NCBI GenBank assembly: GCA_963805065.1
Contig: CAWDSS010000010.1
Location: forward strand, 1,048,359-1,112,358
Direction of reading: 5' to 3'
Length of the DNA stretch: 64,000 nucleotides
DNA from: Candidatus Omnitrophota bacterium
GTDB lineage: Bacteria; Omnitrophota; Gorgyraeia; Gygaellales; Profunditerraquicolaceae
In this document: piece by piece, positions 38,803 to 48,445 of the stretch
Position numbering within the stretch: the stretch's first letter is position 1
Layout: each line of letters begins with the position of its first letter
Position numbers and translations under genes: made by a program
Notes under the pieces: generated by a model
What the model saw: the letters and a program-made list of their open reading frames with translations, nothing else
Databases searched by the model: none
What the model was told of the DNA's origin: nothing

Positions 38803-39253
38803 ACAGGAAATTATCAGCGAATTAAAGAATATAGTGGAGGGTTATCTTAGCACAAAGGACCTGGATTTAGTTGACCTGATTTACAGGTATGAAGGCCGCG
38901 ATTTAGTCGTAAGAATTTTGGCAGATAGGCCTGAGGGTGGAATAAGCCTGGGTGAATGTGCAAAGCTTAATAGTGAAATCAGCAGGATTCTCGATGAGAA
39001 AGATATCCTGCAGCAAGGCTATCTCCTGGAGGTATCTTCTCCGGGGCTGGATAGGCCGCTAAGTTCAAAAAAAGATTTTCTTCGCTGCCTCGGCAAGAAA
39101 GTTAAGATTTTCTTAAGAGAGCCCCTAAACGGAAAATTTGAACTGCAGGGTTTAATAAACAACGCAGATGATGATTCAGTCACGATAGATTATGAGGCAA
39201 GGGCAGTGAAAGTAGCGCTAAACATGATTAGCAAGGCAAAACAAATTGTATAA
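38795..39253 (+). CDS. rimP: Ribosome maturation factor RimP
   Basis: LEVSSPGLDRPL motif and the position upstream of nusA-infB. TTG at 38789 is an alternative start. Confidence 0.85.
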   Translation: MDKQEIISELKNIVEGYLSTKDLDLVDLIYRYEGRDLVVRILADRPEGGISLGECAKLNSEISRILDEKDILQQGYLLEVSSPGLDRPLSSKKDFLRCLGKKVKIFLREPLNGKFELQGLINNADDDSVTIDYEARAVKVALNMISKAKQIV

Positions 39254-39265
39254 CCGGAGAAAAAC

Positions 39266-40489
39266 ATGAGTCAGGAATTATTAGCTATAATAGAACAGAT
39301 CGAGAGAGAAAAAGGAATAAAGAAGGAAGTTTTGATTGAGGCAGTGCAAAGTGCCCTGCTTAGCGCGGCCAAAAAGGTTATTGATATTAAGCCGGATGAA
39401 GAACTTAAGGTAGAACTGGATCCGAATACCGGCAAGATTCACGCCTTCAGGAATAACGAAGAAATAACTTCTATAGATTTTGGCCGCATAGCCGCATCTA
39501 CTGCAAGGCAGGTCATAATTCAAAAGATACGGGAGGCTGAAAAGGATGTGGTGTTTAATGAATTTCAGGGCAGGATCGCAGAGATAGTCAGTGGTACGGT
39601 TTATAGATTTGAAAAAGGCAATATCGTCATTGACCTTTTAGGGAAAGCAGAAGGCATTCTCCTTAAGCGGGAACAGTCTCCCAAAGAAGAATTCAAGCAG
39701 GGCCAGCGCATACGTGCATATGTATTGGAAGTGAAAAAAGACATCAAGGGCGCCCAGATAATTCTTTCACGCGCGCACGCAAATTTCGTAAGGAAGCTAT
39801 TTGAGTTAGAGGTCCCCGAAATTTATGAAGGCATAGTGGAAATAAAAGCCATTTCACGCCAGCCCGGAGAACGCACGAAAATTTCAGTCTGGTCTAAAAA
39901 TGAAAAGGTGGATTCAGTGGGGGCCTGCGTGGGCATGCGGGGAAACCGCGTAAGAAACATCGTAAATGAGCTACAGGGCGAGAAGATTGATATCGTGCGT
40001 TTTAACGATGACATAAAGGAATATATCAAAGCAGCGCTTTCACCGGCGAAGGTTTCAGAAATTAAATTAGATAAGGAACATTTAAAAGCGCAGGTATTAG
40101 TGGATGATGACCAGCTTTCGCTGGCAATCGGCAAGCACGGACAGAATGTGCGTCTTGCTTCCAGGTTAATCGGCTGGGAATTGGATATACGCACAAAAGA
40201 AACTGCCGCCGCCGAGGCTGCAAAAGAAGAGAAGGCAAAAGAGGAAATAGTAGTAGCCGAAGAAATCGTAGAGAAACCCGCGAAGGCACAGAAGAAAAAG
40301 AAAAAAGAAGAAGTTTCCCTGGAAAGTCTGTCTGGAATCGGAGAAAAGACATTAGCTAACCTAAAGAAAGCAGGGATAAATACGATAGAAGACCTTTTAA
40401 AAGCAAAATTAGAAGATTTGACAGAGATTAAGGGCATCGGAGAAAAGAAGGCGCAAAATTTAATTGAAGAAGCTAAAAAACTAAAGTAA
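39266..40489 (+). CDS. nusA: Transcription termination/antitermination factor NusA
   Basis: N-terminal domain, S1 and KH region (GACVGMRGNRV; AIGKHGQNVRLAS) and a C-terminal HhH (LSGIGEKTLANL). Confidence 0.95.
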   Translation: MSQELLAIIEQIEREKGIKKEVLIEAVQSALLSAAKKVIDIKPDEELKVELDPNTGKIHAFRNNEEITSIDFGRIAASTARQVIIQKIREAEKDVVFNEFQGRIAEIVSGTVYRFEKGNIVIDLLGKAEGILLKREQSPKEEFKQGQRIRAYVLEVKKDIKGAQIILSRAHANFVRKLFELEVPEIYEGIVEIKAISRQPGERTKISVWSKNEKVDSVGACVGMRGNRVRNIVNELQGEKIDIVRFNDDIKEYIKAALSPAKVSEIKLDKEHLKAQVLVDDDQLSLAIGKHGQNVRLASRLIGWELDIRTKETAAAEAAKEEKAKEEIVVAEEIVEKPAKAQKKKKKEEVSLESLSGIGEKTLANLKKAGINTIEDLLKAKLEDLTEIKGIGEKKAQNLIEEAKKLK

Positions 40490-40512
40490 TTTTTAAGAAA
40501 GGCATACTCTTT

Positions 40513-42642
40513 ATGGTAAAACCCAAGAAAGAAAAAGTTGCGGTTAAAAAGGAAACTAAGCCAAAAAAGGCAGTAGCTAAGGCTGCTAAAATTAAAACCG
40601 TTGCCAAGCCGAAAAAAGTTCCTGTTTCCAAAGTTAAAAAAGTTATAAAAGAAATTCCTGTTAAACATAAGGAAATTAAAGCTAAAGAGCATATTCCTGT
40701 TGTTGCACCTCATCCTAAAGTTGAAAAGCCCGTAGAAAAGATTACAGCGCCTGCGGTTGCTACAGTTGTAATCCATAAGCCTCAAGTTAAGGCCGCGCCT
40801 AGTTTAAAGCCCGTTCAAATAAAACCTGCAGAAATAAAACCTGCGGTGGAAGTGAAACCTGCGGCACCTGCTCCTGCTGCGGTTACACTCAAAGAACTGG
40901 AATTGGAATTTCCCATTACTGTAAAAGATTTGGCAGTGAGGCTGCAGGAAAAACCTTCTAACATAATCAAATTCCTGATGGATATGCGGGTGATGGTGGG
41001 TATAAATCAGACCCTGGAAGAGCCGACAGTGGTAAAGATATGCGAGAAATACGGATTTAAAATAAAGAAAGCTTTGGGTAAAGAGGAACTGGCTTTACTC
41101 ATACATCAAAAGAAAGACGAGCCAAAAGATTTAGTCGCCAGGTCTCCTATAGTTACATTTATGGGGCACGTTGATCACGGAAAGACCTCGCTTTTGGATG
41201 CGATTAGGAAAACAAAAGTCGCAGAATCAGAACACGGCGGTATAACACAGCATATCGGCGCATATAGGGTAAATCTGGCGCACGGAGAAATTACTTTTCT
41301 TGATACCCCGGGCCACGAGGCATTTACTGCCATGAGGGCAAGGGGGGCAAGCATTACGGATATAGTTGTCCTGGTCGTGGCAGCGGATGACGGAATAATG
41401 CCCCAGACGCAAGAAGCCATAGATCATGCCAAGGCAGCAGGTGTTCCCATAATTGTAGCGGCAAATAAAATTGACAAGCCTCAGGCAAACCTGGATCGAG
41501 TTAAGAAACAACTGGCAGACGTGGATTTAAAAGCAGAAGACTGGGGCGGAAAAACCATTACTGTCCCCGTATCTGCAAAAACCGGGGATGGAATTGATAA
41601 TCTCTTAGAGATGATACTTTTGGAAGCGCAGATGTTAGAGTTAAAGGCTAACCCTAAGAAACTGGCATCCGGCGTGGTTATTGAAGCTAAGATGGCTAAA
41701 GGAAGAGGGCCGGTTGCAACGCTTATGGTAAAAAATGGGACGCTGCACCTAAATGAAAACATCATAGTCGGGAAATTCTTCGGCAAAATCAGGGCAATGT
41801 TTAATGACAGGGGCCAATCCGTTACTTCTGCAGGCCCTGGTGTTCCTGTAGAAATATTAGGGATGTCCGGCATTCCTGAAGCCGGGGAACAATTCTTCGT
41901 TATTGAAGATGATAAACAGGCAAAAGAACTGGCACAGATGCGCATGGAAGCAGAAAGGCAACAGCAGATAAAGACGGTAAAAAGGGTAAGCCTGGAAGAT
42001 TTACATGCACAGATCCAGGAAGGAAAAATCAAGGAATTAAAAATAATCATCAAGGCCGATGTGCAGGGATCGCTGGAAGCAATTAAGGAAACATTGAATA
42101 AACTCAATGTTTCGGAAATCAAGCTGGATATAATCCATACAGGAGTCGGTAATATCAACAGTTCTGATGTAATCCTGGCTGTAGCATCAAATGCGCTGAT
42201 ATTAGGGTTTAATGTTGATGCGGATGACCGTGCAAAAGAAATTAGCGCAAAAGAAGGCGTGGATGTAAAAACCTACAATATTATTTATGAATTGGCTAAT
42301 GATATTAAGGCTGCGGTTGAAGGGATGCTAGAGCCAAAGTTAAAGAAAGTTTTCTTAGGGAAGGCTGAAGTAAGAAAAGTTTTCAGGTTGACTCGGGCAG
42401 GAACAGTTGCCGGATGTTTTGTCACAAAGGGGAAGATATCACGCTCAAGTACGGTTAATCTGGTAAGAAATGGCGAAGTAGTATTTGAAGGGAAATTATC
42501 CAATCTAAAACGTTTTAAAGACGATGTACGCGACGTGCAGGAAGGTTTTGAATGCGGGATGGCTTTGGCTGGCTTTGATAATCTACAGGAAGGCGATATA
42601 TTAGAGGCTTATGAAATAGAAAAAATCGCAAGGAAACTATAA
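40513..42642 (+). CDS. infB: Translation initiation factor IF-2
   Basis: G domain: [20 protein letters not shown] and NKID. K/P/A/V-rich N-terminal region. Confidence 0.95.
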   Translation: MVKPKKEKVAVKKETKPKKAVAKAAKIKTVAKPKKVPVSKVKKVIKEIPVKHKEIKAKEHIPVVAPHPKVEKPVEKITAPAVATVVIHKPQVKAAPSLKPVQIKPAEIKPAVEVKPAAPAPAAVTLKELELEFPITVKDLAVRLQEKPSNIIKFLMDMRVMVGINQTLEEPTVVKICEKYGFKIKKALGKEELALLIHQKKDEPKDLVARSPIVTFMGHVDHGKTSLLDAIRKTKVAESEHGGITQHIGAYRVNLAHGEITFLDTPGHEAFTAMRARGASITDIVVLVVAADDGIMPQTQEAIDHAKAAGVPIIVAANKIDKPQANLDRVKKQLADVDLKAEDWGGKTITVPVSAKTGDGIDNLLEMILLEAQMLELKANPKKLASGVVIEAKMAKGRGPVATLMVKNGTLHLNENIIVGKFFGKIRAMFNDRGQSVTSAGPGVPVEILGMSGIPEAGEQFFVIEDDKQAKELAQMRMEAERQQQIKTVKRVSLEDLHAQIQEGKIKELKIIIKADVQGSLEAIKETLNKLNVSEIKLDIIHTGVGNINSSDVILAVASNALILGFNVDADDRAKEISAKEGVDVKTYNIIYELANDIKAAVEGMLEPKLKKVFLGKAEVRKVFRLTRAGTVAGCFVTKGKISRSSTVNLVRNGEVVFEGKLSNLKRFKDDVRDVQEGFECGMALAGFDNLQEGDILEAYEIEKIARKL

Positions 42643-43621
42643 TGAAAAAAGTCATATTAAGCGGAATGCGGCCTACCGGGAAATTACATTTGGCCATTTT
42701 GTGGGCGCATTGGATAATTGGGTAAAGTTGCAGGATGAGTACGATTGTTTTTTTATGGTTGCTGATTGGCATGCGTTGATGTCGGAATATGAACACCCGC
42801 AAAGCTTAAAGGAAAATATGATTGATAATGTGATGGATTGGCTCGCCTGCGGAATGTCCCCTGAAAAATCCACTATTTTTATCCAGTCGCACATAAAAGA
42901 ACACCTGGAGCTATACATGGTCTTTTCCTTAGTCACGCCGTTAGGGTTGCTGGAACGCTGCCCTACTTATAAAGAGCAGCTGCGTGAAATCACCAACCGC
43001 GATTTAAGCAACTATGCTTTTTTAGGCTATCCGGTTTTACAGGCAGCGGATATCCTATTATATAAAGCAGAGGTTGTTCCCGTCGGCGAAGACCAGCTTC
43101 CGCATCTGGAGTTGACCCGCCAGATAGTAAGGAAATTCAATCATCTGTATAAAAAAGAAATTTTCCCTGAGCCAAAGGCATTATTGACTAAGGCCAACAG
43201 GCTCCTGGGGCTTGACGGAAGGAAGATGAGCAAGAGCTACGATAATTATATTGCCCTTTCTGAAGAGCCTGAGAACATACGTAAAAAAGTTATGAATATG
43301 TTTACTGACCCCACGAGAATCAGGGTTACTGATCCGGGCCATCCGGATAAATGCAATGTCCACAACTATTACGCAGTATTTGCGCCTGAAAGGAAAAAGG
43401 AAATTGATGAACGCTGTCGCAAATCAGAGATTGGTTGCACTGATTGCAAGAAAGAGCTGGCGGGTATTCTGATTAAATTCTTGGAGCCTATTCAGGAAAA
43501 ACGAAGAGACTTGCTTAAGGATAAGAACAAGATATTTGATATCCTGGATAGGGGTGAGAAAAAAGCCTCTTTCGTTTCGCATAAGACCATGGAAGAAGTC
43601 AAAGGGGTAATAGGCCTATAA
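42642..43621 (+). pseudogene. trpS: Tryptophanyl-tRNA synthetase with an apparent 1-nt deletion in the HIGH motif (true pseudogene or sequencing error)
   Basis: ATG 42642 (TAATG with the infB stop) gives [17 protein letters not shown], then goes out of frame and stops at 42723-42725. The downstream frame from 42701 is a complete TrpRS (KMSKS present). Restoring one G in TTGGCC at about 42691-42694 gives TGKLHLGHFVGALDNW. Confidence 0.8.
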
Positions 43622-44379
43622 TGAGTTATAAAATAAAACTAGAAATATTTGAAGGGCCGTTGGATTTATTGTTGTACCTGGTTAAGAAAGACCATCTTAA
43701 TATCTACGACATACCTATTTCCACAGTCACCGAACAATACCTTCAGTATCTAAACTTAATGCAGCTTTTGGATTTAAATATCGCCGGAGAGTTCCTGGTG
43801 ATGGCCGCTACTCTTATGCAGATAAAATCTGCAATGCTCCTGCCTGCACAGGAAGGCCAAACTCAAGAAGAACTCCAAGACCCGCGGCAAGAATTGGTTA
43901 AGCGTTTATTGGAATATGAAAAATTTAAACAAATAGCTGAAACGCTTCGCCAGAAAGAGACAGACCAGCGGGAGGTCTTTAAGCGGCCGCAGGTAGAAGC
44001 GGATAGGCAAGCGCTTACTGAAAAAGAAGTTTATTTTGAAGCAAGCATATTTGATTTAATCAATGCGTTTTCTGCGGCACTCAAAGACGTACCCAAAGAA
44101 GTATTTTATGAGGTCATAAAAGATGAATTTACCATAGAAGAAAAAGTCCATCAGATTCTCCATGTCTTACTGGAAGTTAATTCCCTAAAGTTATCAGATT
44201 TATTCGGCAAGGCAAAAAATAAAATTGAAATAATTGTCACGTTTTTGGCTATTCTAGAGTTAGCCAAGATGAGAGAAATTGTGGCAATTCAGTCGTCATT
44301 ATTCCAGGAAATAGAGATTACCAGAAACAAAAACAATATTACACCCTATGAGCGAAGAGATAAGACAGGCCCTGTTTAA
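43621..44379 (+). CDS. scpA: Segregation and condensation protein A
   Basis: FEGPLDLLLYLVKK N-terminus and ILELAK... C-terminal region. Confidence 0.85.
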   Translation: MSYKIKLEIFEGPLDLLLYLVKKDHLNIYDIPISTVTEQYLQYLNLMQLLDLNIAGEFLVMAATLMQIKSAMLLPAQEGQTQEELQDPRQELVKRLLEYEKFKQIAETLRQKETDQREVFKRPQVEADRQALTEKEVYFEASIFDLINAFSAALKDVPKEVFYEVIKDEFTIEEKVHQILHVLLEVNSLKLSDLFGKAKNKIEIIVTFLAILELAKMREIVAIQSSLFQEIEITRNKNNITPYERRDKTGPV

Positions 44380-45394
44380 GGGTAGCACTCCCATAAAAGA
44401 AACCAAAGAAACCGAAGAGGATGTTGTTTTAAATATTTCTCTTAGGCCCAAGAAGTTAGTCGAGTTTATCGGCCATAAGGAAATAGTGGATAACTTAAAG
44501 ATTTCCATTCAGGCAGCTAAACAGAGAAAAGAGCCATTGGAGCATGTTTTATTAAGCGGCCCTCCGGGATTAGGCAAGACTTCGCTTTCGCATATAATCG
44601 CCCATGAAATGAATACCAAGATTACCGCCACAAGCGGACCGGCTATTGAGCGCGCAGGCGACCTGATTGGCATATTAACTAACTTAGAGAATGGCGACAT
44701 CCTGTTTATCGATGAGATTCACCGGCTTTCTAAAGTCGTGGAAGAATTCCTTTATCCTGCCATGGAAAGTTTTCAGATTGATTTTGTAATAGATAAAGGG
44801 CCGTATGCCAAAACCATAAAATTTAATCTCAAACCTTTTACGTTAGTGGGCGCAACCACAAGAACCGGGCTCTTGGCAGCACCTTTAAGAGGTAGATTCG
44901 GGATATTCTATAATCTGGATTTTTACAAAGTTGAAGACCTGGCTAAAATCATCAAGAATTCTGCAAAAATCTTGGGTATTGAAATTGATGAACAAGCTTG
45001 TTTAGAAATAGGCAGGCGTGCCCGCGGAACTCCTCGCGTTGCGAATAGGTTATTACGCAGGATTCGCGATTATGCGCAGGTGGCTAAAATTAAGATAATA
45101 ACCTCTGAGGTTACGGCAAAAACCCTGGATGAATTGGGTATTGATAAGGCTGGACTTGATGATTTAGACCGCAAGGTCTTAAAACTTGTTTTAGAATCTT
45201 ATGGCGGCGGGCCGGTGGGCGTTGAAGCGCTGGCAGCCAGCCTCAATGAAGAAGTTGATACAATTGCAGATACCGTCGAGCCGTATTTGCTGAAAGCCGG
45301 TTACCTTAAGCGCACATCCCGCGGCCGACTCGCCACAAAGCTTGCATTCGAACATTTCGGCATAAAATACGAGAAACAAGAAGAATTATTCTAG
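44348..45394 (+). CDS. ruvB: Holliday junction branch migration helicase RuvB
   Basis: LRPKKLVEFIGH, GPPGLGKTSL, DEIHRL and GTPRVANRLLRR motifs. Confidence 0.95.
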   Translation: MSEEIRQALFKGSTPIKETKETEEDVVLNISLRPKKLVEFIGHKEIVDNLKISIQAAKQRKEPLEHVLLSGPPGLGKTSLSHIIAHEMNTKITATSGPAIERAGDLIGILTNLENGDILFIDEIHRLSKVVEEFLYPAMESFQIDFVIDKGPYAKTIKFNLKPFTLVGATTRTGLLAAPLRGRFGIFYNLDFYKVEDLAKIIKNSAKILGIEIDEQACLEIGRRARGTPRVANRLLRRIRDYAQVAKIKIITSEVTAKTLDELGIDKAGLDDLDRKVLKLVLESYGGGPVGVEALAASLNEEVDTIADTVEPYLLKAGYLKRTSRGRLATKLAFEHFGIKYEKQEELF

Positions 45395-45437
45395 TTTCAT
45401 TTTGCTTCAGGGTTTTGTTCGCGTGCTGAAGTTATTA

Positions 45438-45609
45438 TTTTGCGGGTCCTGCCGAGGCTTGTTTTCGCAGCATCGCTCGATTTTCCCCAGCGTGGAAAAT
45501 CTTCGCTCAAGCGGAAGCCTTCGCTCTTGGATACATATTTAACGAGGCAAACCATGCCCGCTCAGGCTTCCTTATGTGCTGCTCAAATCAAGCCTCGTCA
45601 CCCGCAAAT
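45438..45609 (+). mobile_element. GC-rich MITE-like repeat, copy G1 (about 170 bp, terminal inverted repeat GCGGGTCCTG...CACCCGC)
   Basis: Termini TTTTGCGGGT / ACCCGCAAA. The interior aligns by eye along its length with the reverse complement of 46345-46519. Confidence 0.75.
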
Positions 45610-45653
45610 TACATTCAAAAACAAATTTTAAATTACAAACAAGCAAAATAGAG

Positions 45654-46274
45654 ATGGTAGTGAGAATCTTACAAAATTGCGAGGTAATATTGAAAAAAAT
45701 AAAAATGATAGCAAAACGCCATTTAAAATCGATCATATTGCAGATAAAAGAGTTTAGAAAAAATATTCTTTTATTTCGTGAGCCAATTTTGATATCTTCC
45801 TTATTGGCAATCAATTATTATATATGGTATGTCTGGGGGCAAATAAATATTAAAAATTTCCATAATTTTATTGCTATTACAATAGTCATAACGTATTTTG
45901 TTCTAAGCCATAAATTGTCGGAATCTTTTATAATCAAGTTCTGGGAATATGTATCTCTTTCGAGAGTGCCAAATAAGCTAACTGCAACTTTAGGTGTCAT
46001 AGATAGAATTGTTTATGCAGCTTGTTTTGTAATACAACAGTATACACTTATTGGTGTATGGTTAGGCATTAAAGTAGCTGCAAGATTAGTTGAATTCAAA
46101 GGCGTTGAGCTAACTGGTGATTACAAGAAAGATGAAGAGAAAATTAGGCCATTAGGAGAAAGAAAAAACATATTTATAATCGGTAATTTGATTTCATTAC
46201 TACTAGGAATTGCTGGTGGATATTTAATTATTATTTTGTTTGGTTTCCCCGCGCCTAAGTTTTTCAAAGTTTAA
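45654..46274 (+). CDS. Orphan multi-pass membrane protein (hypothetical), in an AT-rich segment between inverted G1/G2 repeats
   Basis: About four hydrophobic segments (ILISSLLAINYYIWYVW; FIAITIVITYFVL; IVYAACFVIQQYTLIGVWLGI; IFIIGNLISLLLGIAGGYLIIILFGF). No family recognised. Start uncertain (45654 or 45705). The track start at 45576 lies inside repeat G1. Confidence 0.45.
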   Translation: MVVRILQNCEVILKKIKMIAKRHLKSIILQIKEFRKNILLFREPILISSLLAINYYIWYVWGQINIKNFHNFIAITIVITYFVLSHKLSESFIIKFWEYVSLSRVPNKLTATLGVIDRIVYAACFVIQQYTLIGVWLGIKVAARLVEFKGVELTGDYKKDEEKIRPLGERKNIFIIGNLISLLLGIAGGYLIIILFGFPAPKFFKV

Positions 46275-46344
46275 AAATGGATGGTCCATTTGTTATATAA
46301 TTTTATCTATAAATGAATCTGGGGTATTTCCGAGCGCCTTGTAT

Positions 46345-46519
46345 ATTAGCGGGTGGCTTGGGGTGATTTTGAGCGAGGCATGGAGGCGAGGAGCGGGCAC
46401 GGATGCCCCTCGTAAAACAAACCTGGCAGAGCGACGAAGCCGAGATGAGCGAAGTTTTGCCACGCCGGGGCAAAACGAGCGTCCTCGCGAAAAACACACC
46501 AAGACAGGACCCGCGTAAT
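46345..46519 (-). mobile_element. GC-rich MITE-like repeat, copy G2 (inverted relative to G1)
   Basis: The reverse complement begins GCGGGTCCTGTCTTGG and ends CCCCAAGCCACCCGC. It shares blocks with G1: TTTTCGC, CGCTCG-TTTT-CCC, GCGTGG-AAA-CTTCGCTCA, TTTAACGAGG/TTTTACGAGG, TGCCCGCTC and GCTCAAA-TCA. Confidence 0.75.
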
Positions 46520-46561
46520 GTAGGGCGCGAGAAAAACGACAGATTCATTAAATATAAATCT

Positions 46562-47104
46562 ATGAAACTACTTTTACATACTTGTTGTGCGCCGTGTTTG
46601 ATTTATCCTTTGGAGAAATTAAGGGAAGAAGGTTTCGAGGTCAAGGCCTTATTTTATAATCCCAATATTCATCCCCTGCCTGAATATAACGCCAGGAAAC
46701 ATTCAGTAGAGCATCTGAGCCAGAAAATCGGGGTAGAAGTAATTTATCCTGATTATGAGCCTAAAGAATATTTCCGGGCAGTGAATATGATGGAAGATAA
46801 ACTCCAGAGATGCCCCATATGCTGGTATCAACGATTAAAGGTCACGGCGCAACTGGCAAGAGAAAAAGGATTCACACATTTTTCTACTACTTTGTTGGTT
46901 AGTCCCTATCAGGACATTGAATTAATCCATAAGATAGGCCGTGACCTCGCGGAAATTGAGCGCGTGCAATTTTATTTTGAAGATTTCCGCCCGGGTTTTA
47001 GAAAGGCGCATGACGAGGCAAAAGCCGAAGGCCTATATTGTCAGAAATATTGCGGTTGTATTTATTCGGAATTGGAAAGATGCAGGAAATCGGGAAAGCA
47101 CTAA
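46562..47104 (+). CDS. queH: Epoxyqueuosine reductase QueH (DUF208)
   Basis: LLLHTCCAPCLIYPLEKL and YNPNIHP, with a later Cys-containing segment (RCPICW). Start moved to ATG 46562, since the track start lies in repeat G2. Confidence 0.8.
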   Translation: MKLLLHTCCAPCLIYPLEKLREEGFEVKALFYNPNIHPLPEYNARKHSVEHLSQKIGVEVIYPDYEPKEYFRAVNMMEDKLQRCPICWYQRLKVTAQLAREKGFTHFSTTLLVSPYQDIELIHKIGRDLAEIERVQFYFEDFRPGFRKAHDEAKAEGLYCQKYCGCIYSELERCRKSGKH

Positions 47105-47295
47105 TAATATTTGGAGCCATTTTACTTGGTGCAGGCTTATTACTTACATTTTTTAATAAAATACCGTATTTAGGAAAATTGCCGGGTGATATATTAATTC
47201 AAAAAAAGGATTTTACTTTTTATTTTCCTTTGGCGACCTCAATATTAATCAGCATTATCCTTTCTTTAATATTTTGGCTATGGCCTCGCCGGTGA
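47080..47295 (+). CDS. DUF2905-family small membrane protein
   Basis: IPYLGKLPGDILIQKKDFTFYFPLATSILISIILSLIFW is typical of DUF2905. Overlaps the queH end by 25 nt. Confidence 0.6.
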   Translation: MQEIGKALIIFGAILLGAGLLLTFFNKIPYLGKLPGDILIQKKDFTFYFPLATSILISIILSLIFWLWPRR

Positions 47296-47311
47296 TTTAA
47301 AATTTTACAAA

Positions 47312-48445
47312 ATGAAAATAAAACAAATTATAGGGATGATTGTGTTGGTTCTGGGTTCTGGGTTCTGGGTTCTGGGTTCTTTTGCCCTGCAGCAAAGCAC
47401 AGTAAGGGTACTTATTATAGATAAAACGCGATCTCTAAGCCTTAAACTCTTAGGGGATTATGAGATAATCAATTTAAAAGACAGCCAGATTTTATCCAGC
47501 GGCAGGGACCTTAAAACAACAGTAATGGGTTATTATAAAGGTATATTACTTGCCGGAAATAATTTCTCTGCGCAAAAACTTTTGCTTAAAGTGCAAAGCC
47601 AGGACGCAGTCATTATTAACGGCCGCTCATTCAGAGGAGATATCCAGGTGTCTCGAGACGGAGAACTCCTTTCAGTTATAAATTGTATCGATTTAGAAGA
47701 TTATATCAAGGGGATACTTTACCACGAAGCTTCGCATTATTGGCCGATGGAGGCTTTAAAGGCGCAGGCAATAGTTTGTCGTACCTACGCTATTTACGAG
47801 ATGCAGGAGAATAGAGATAAGGATTTTGATGTAACCAGCGATATATATTCCCAAGTTTACGGAGGAAAGACCTCCGAGCGTTTTCGCACCAATGAAGCAG
47901 TTGATGCTACTAGGGATGAGGTTTTAACTTATCAGGGAAAAGTTTTTCCCGCATATTTTCATGCTACTTGTGCAGGTCACACAGAAGATGCATCTCGTCT
48001 TTGGAACATTAATATAGCGCCGCTTAAAGGAGTACTGTGTGACTATTGCAAAGACTCTCCCCATTTTAACTGGCATTTGGTTTTAGACCGGGGGGAGTTG
48101 AGGCAAAGGCTGGTTAATTCAGGTTACTCGATGGGCATGATAAAAAATATCGAGATTTTAGGAAAGGATAATTCTGGAAGGATTACAGATCTAAAAATAT
48201 CCACCATAACCAAGGAAGTAAAAATATCTGCAAAGGATTTTCGTAACATCATCGGGCCCAATGAAATCAAAAGCACAAATTTTGTAGTTAGTTTCGCCGG
48301 TGAAGACTTTGTATTTGAAGGTTTTGGCTGGGGACATGGCGTAGGCTTATGCCAGTGGGGAGCTTATTTTATGGCTACGCAAGGTAAAACCGCAGAACAA
48401 ATCCTAAAGTATTATTATCCTCAAAGCAATGTTAAAACTTTCTGA
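47312..48445 (+). CDS. SpoIID/LytB-domain protein (peptidoglycan remodelling)
   Basis: DYIKGILYHEASHYWPMEALKAQAIVCRTYA, HATCAGHTE and GHGVGLCQWGA motifs. The signal peptide contains a GGTTCTG array. Confidence 0.8.
   Translation: MKIKQIIGMIVLVLGSGFWVLGSFALQQSTVRVLIIDKTRSLSLKLLGDYEIINLKDSQILSSGRDLKTTVMGYYKGILLAGNNFSAQKLLLKVQSQDAVIINGRSFRGDIQVSRDGELLSVINCIDLEDYIKGILYHEASHYWPMEALKAQAIVCRTYAIYEMQENRDKDFDVTSDIYSQVYGGKTSERFRTNEAVDATRDEVLTYQGKVFPAYFHATCAGHTEDASRLWNINIAPLKGVLCDYCKDSPHFNWHLVLDRGELRQRLVNSGYSMGMIKNIEILGKDNSGRITDLKISTITKEVKISAKDFRNIIGPNEIKSTNFVVSFAGEDFVFEGFGWGHGVGLCQWGAYFMATQGKTAEQILKYYYPQSNVKTF
47347..47381 (+). repeat. Heptamer array (GGTTCTG x4 plus GGTTCTT) in the SpoIID-like signal peptide
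   Basis: Read directly. Encodes [11 protein letters not shown] within the N-terminal hydrophobic segment. Confidence 0.9.

Noticed and set aside
39823-40785. 320-aa minus-strand ORF opposite nusA/infB
   Set aside because: The F/N/R/S-rich low-complexity translation is the antisense image of the K/E/A-rich NusA C-terminus and IF-2 N-terminus. It fully overlaps two strongly supported genes.
40513-40900. Repetitive K/P/A/V-rich coding sequence at the infB 5' end as another heptamer-repeat insertion
   Set aside because: The periodicity is not 7 nt. Low-complexity basic N-terminal regions are a normal feature of IF-2.
42685-42700. Programmed -1 ribosomal frameshift in trpS
   Set aside because: There is no X-XXY-YYZ slippery heptamer or obvious downstream stimulatory structure. 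The shift falls in a short G run inside the catalytic HIGH motif, so a base-calling error or true inactivation is more parsimonious.
45405-45436. Hairpin CTTCAG...CTGAAG after ruvB as an intrinsic terminator
   Set aside because: The stem is only 6 bp with a 15-nt loop, which is weak for a terminator. It is not listed as a feature, although the following T-rich run makes it possible.
45440-46548. Small ORFs inside the GC-rich G repeats (45440-45631 +, 46240-46518 +, 46293-46502 -, 46303-46548 -)
   Set aside because: They sit on both strands of palindromic repeat DNA and give R/P/S/A-rich translations with no start context. They are best explained as by-products of GC-rich repeats in an AT-rich genome.
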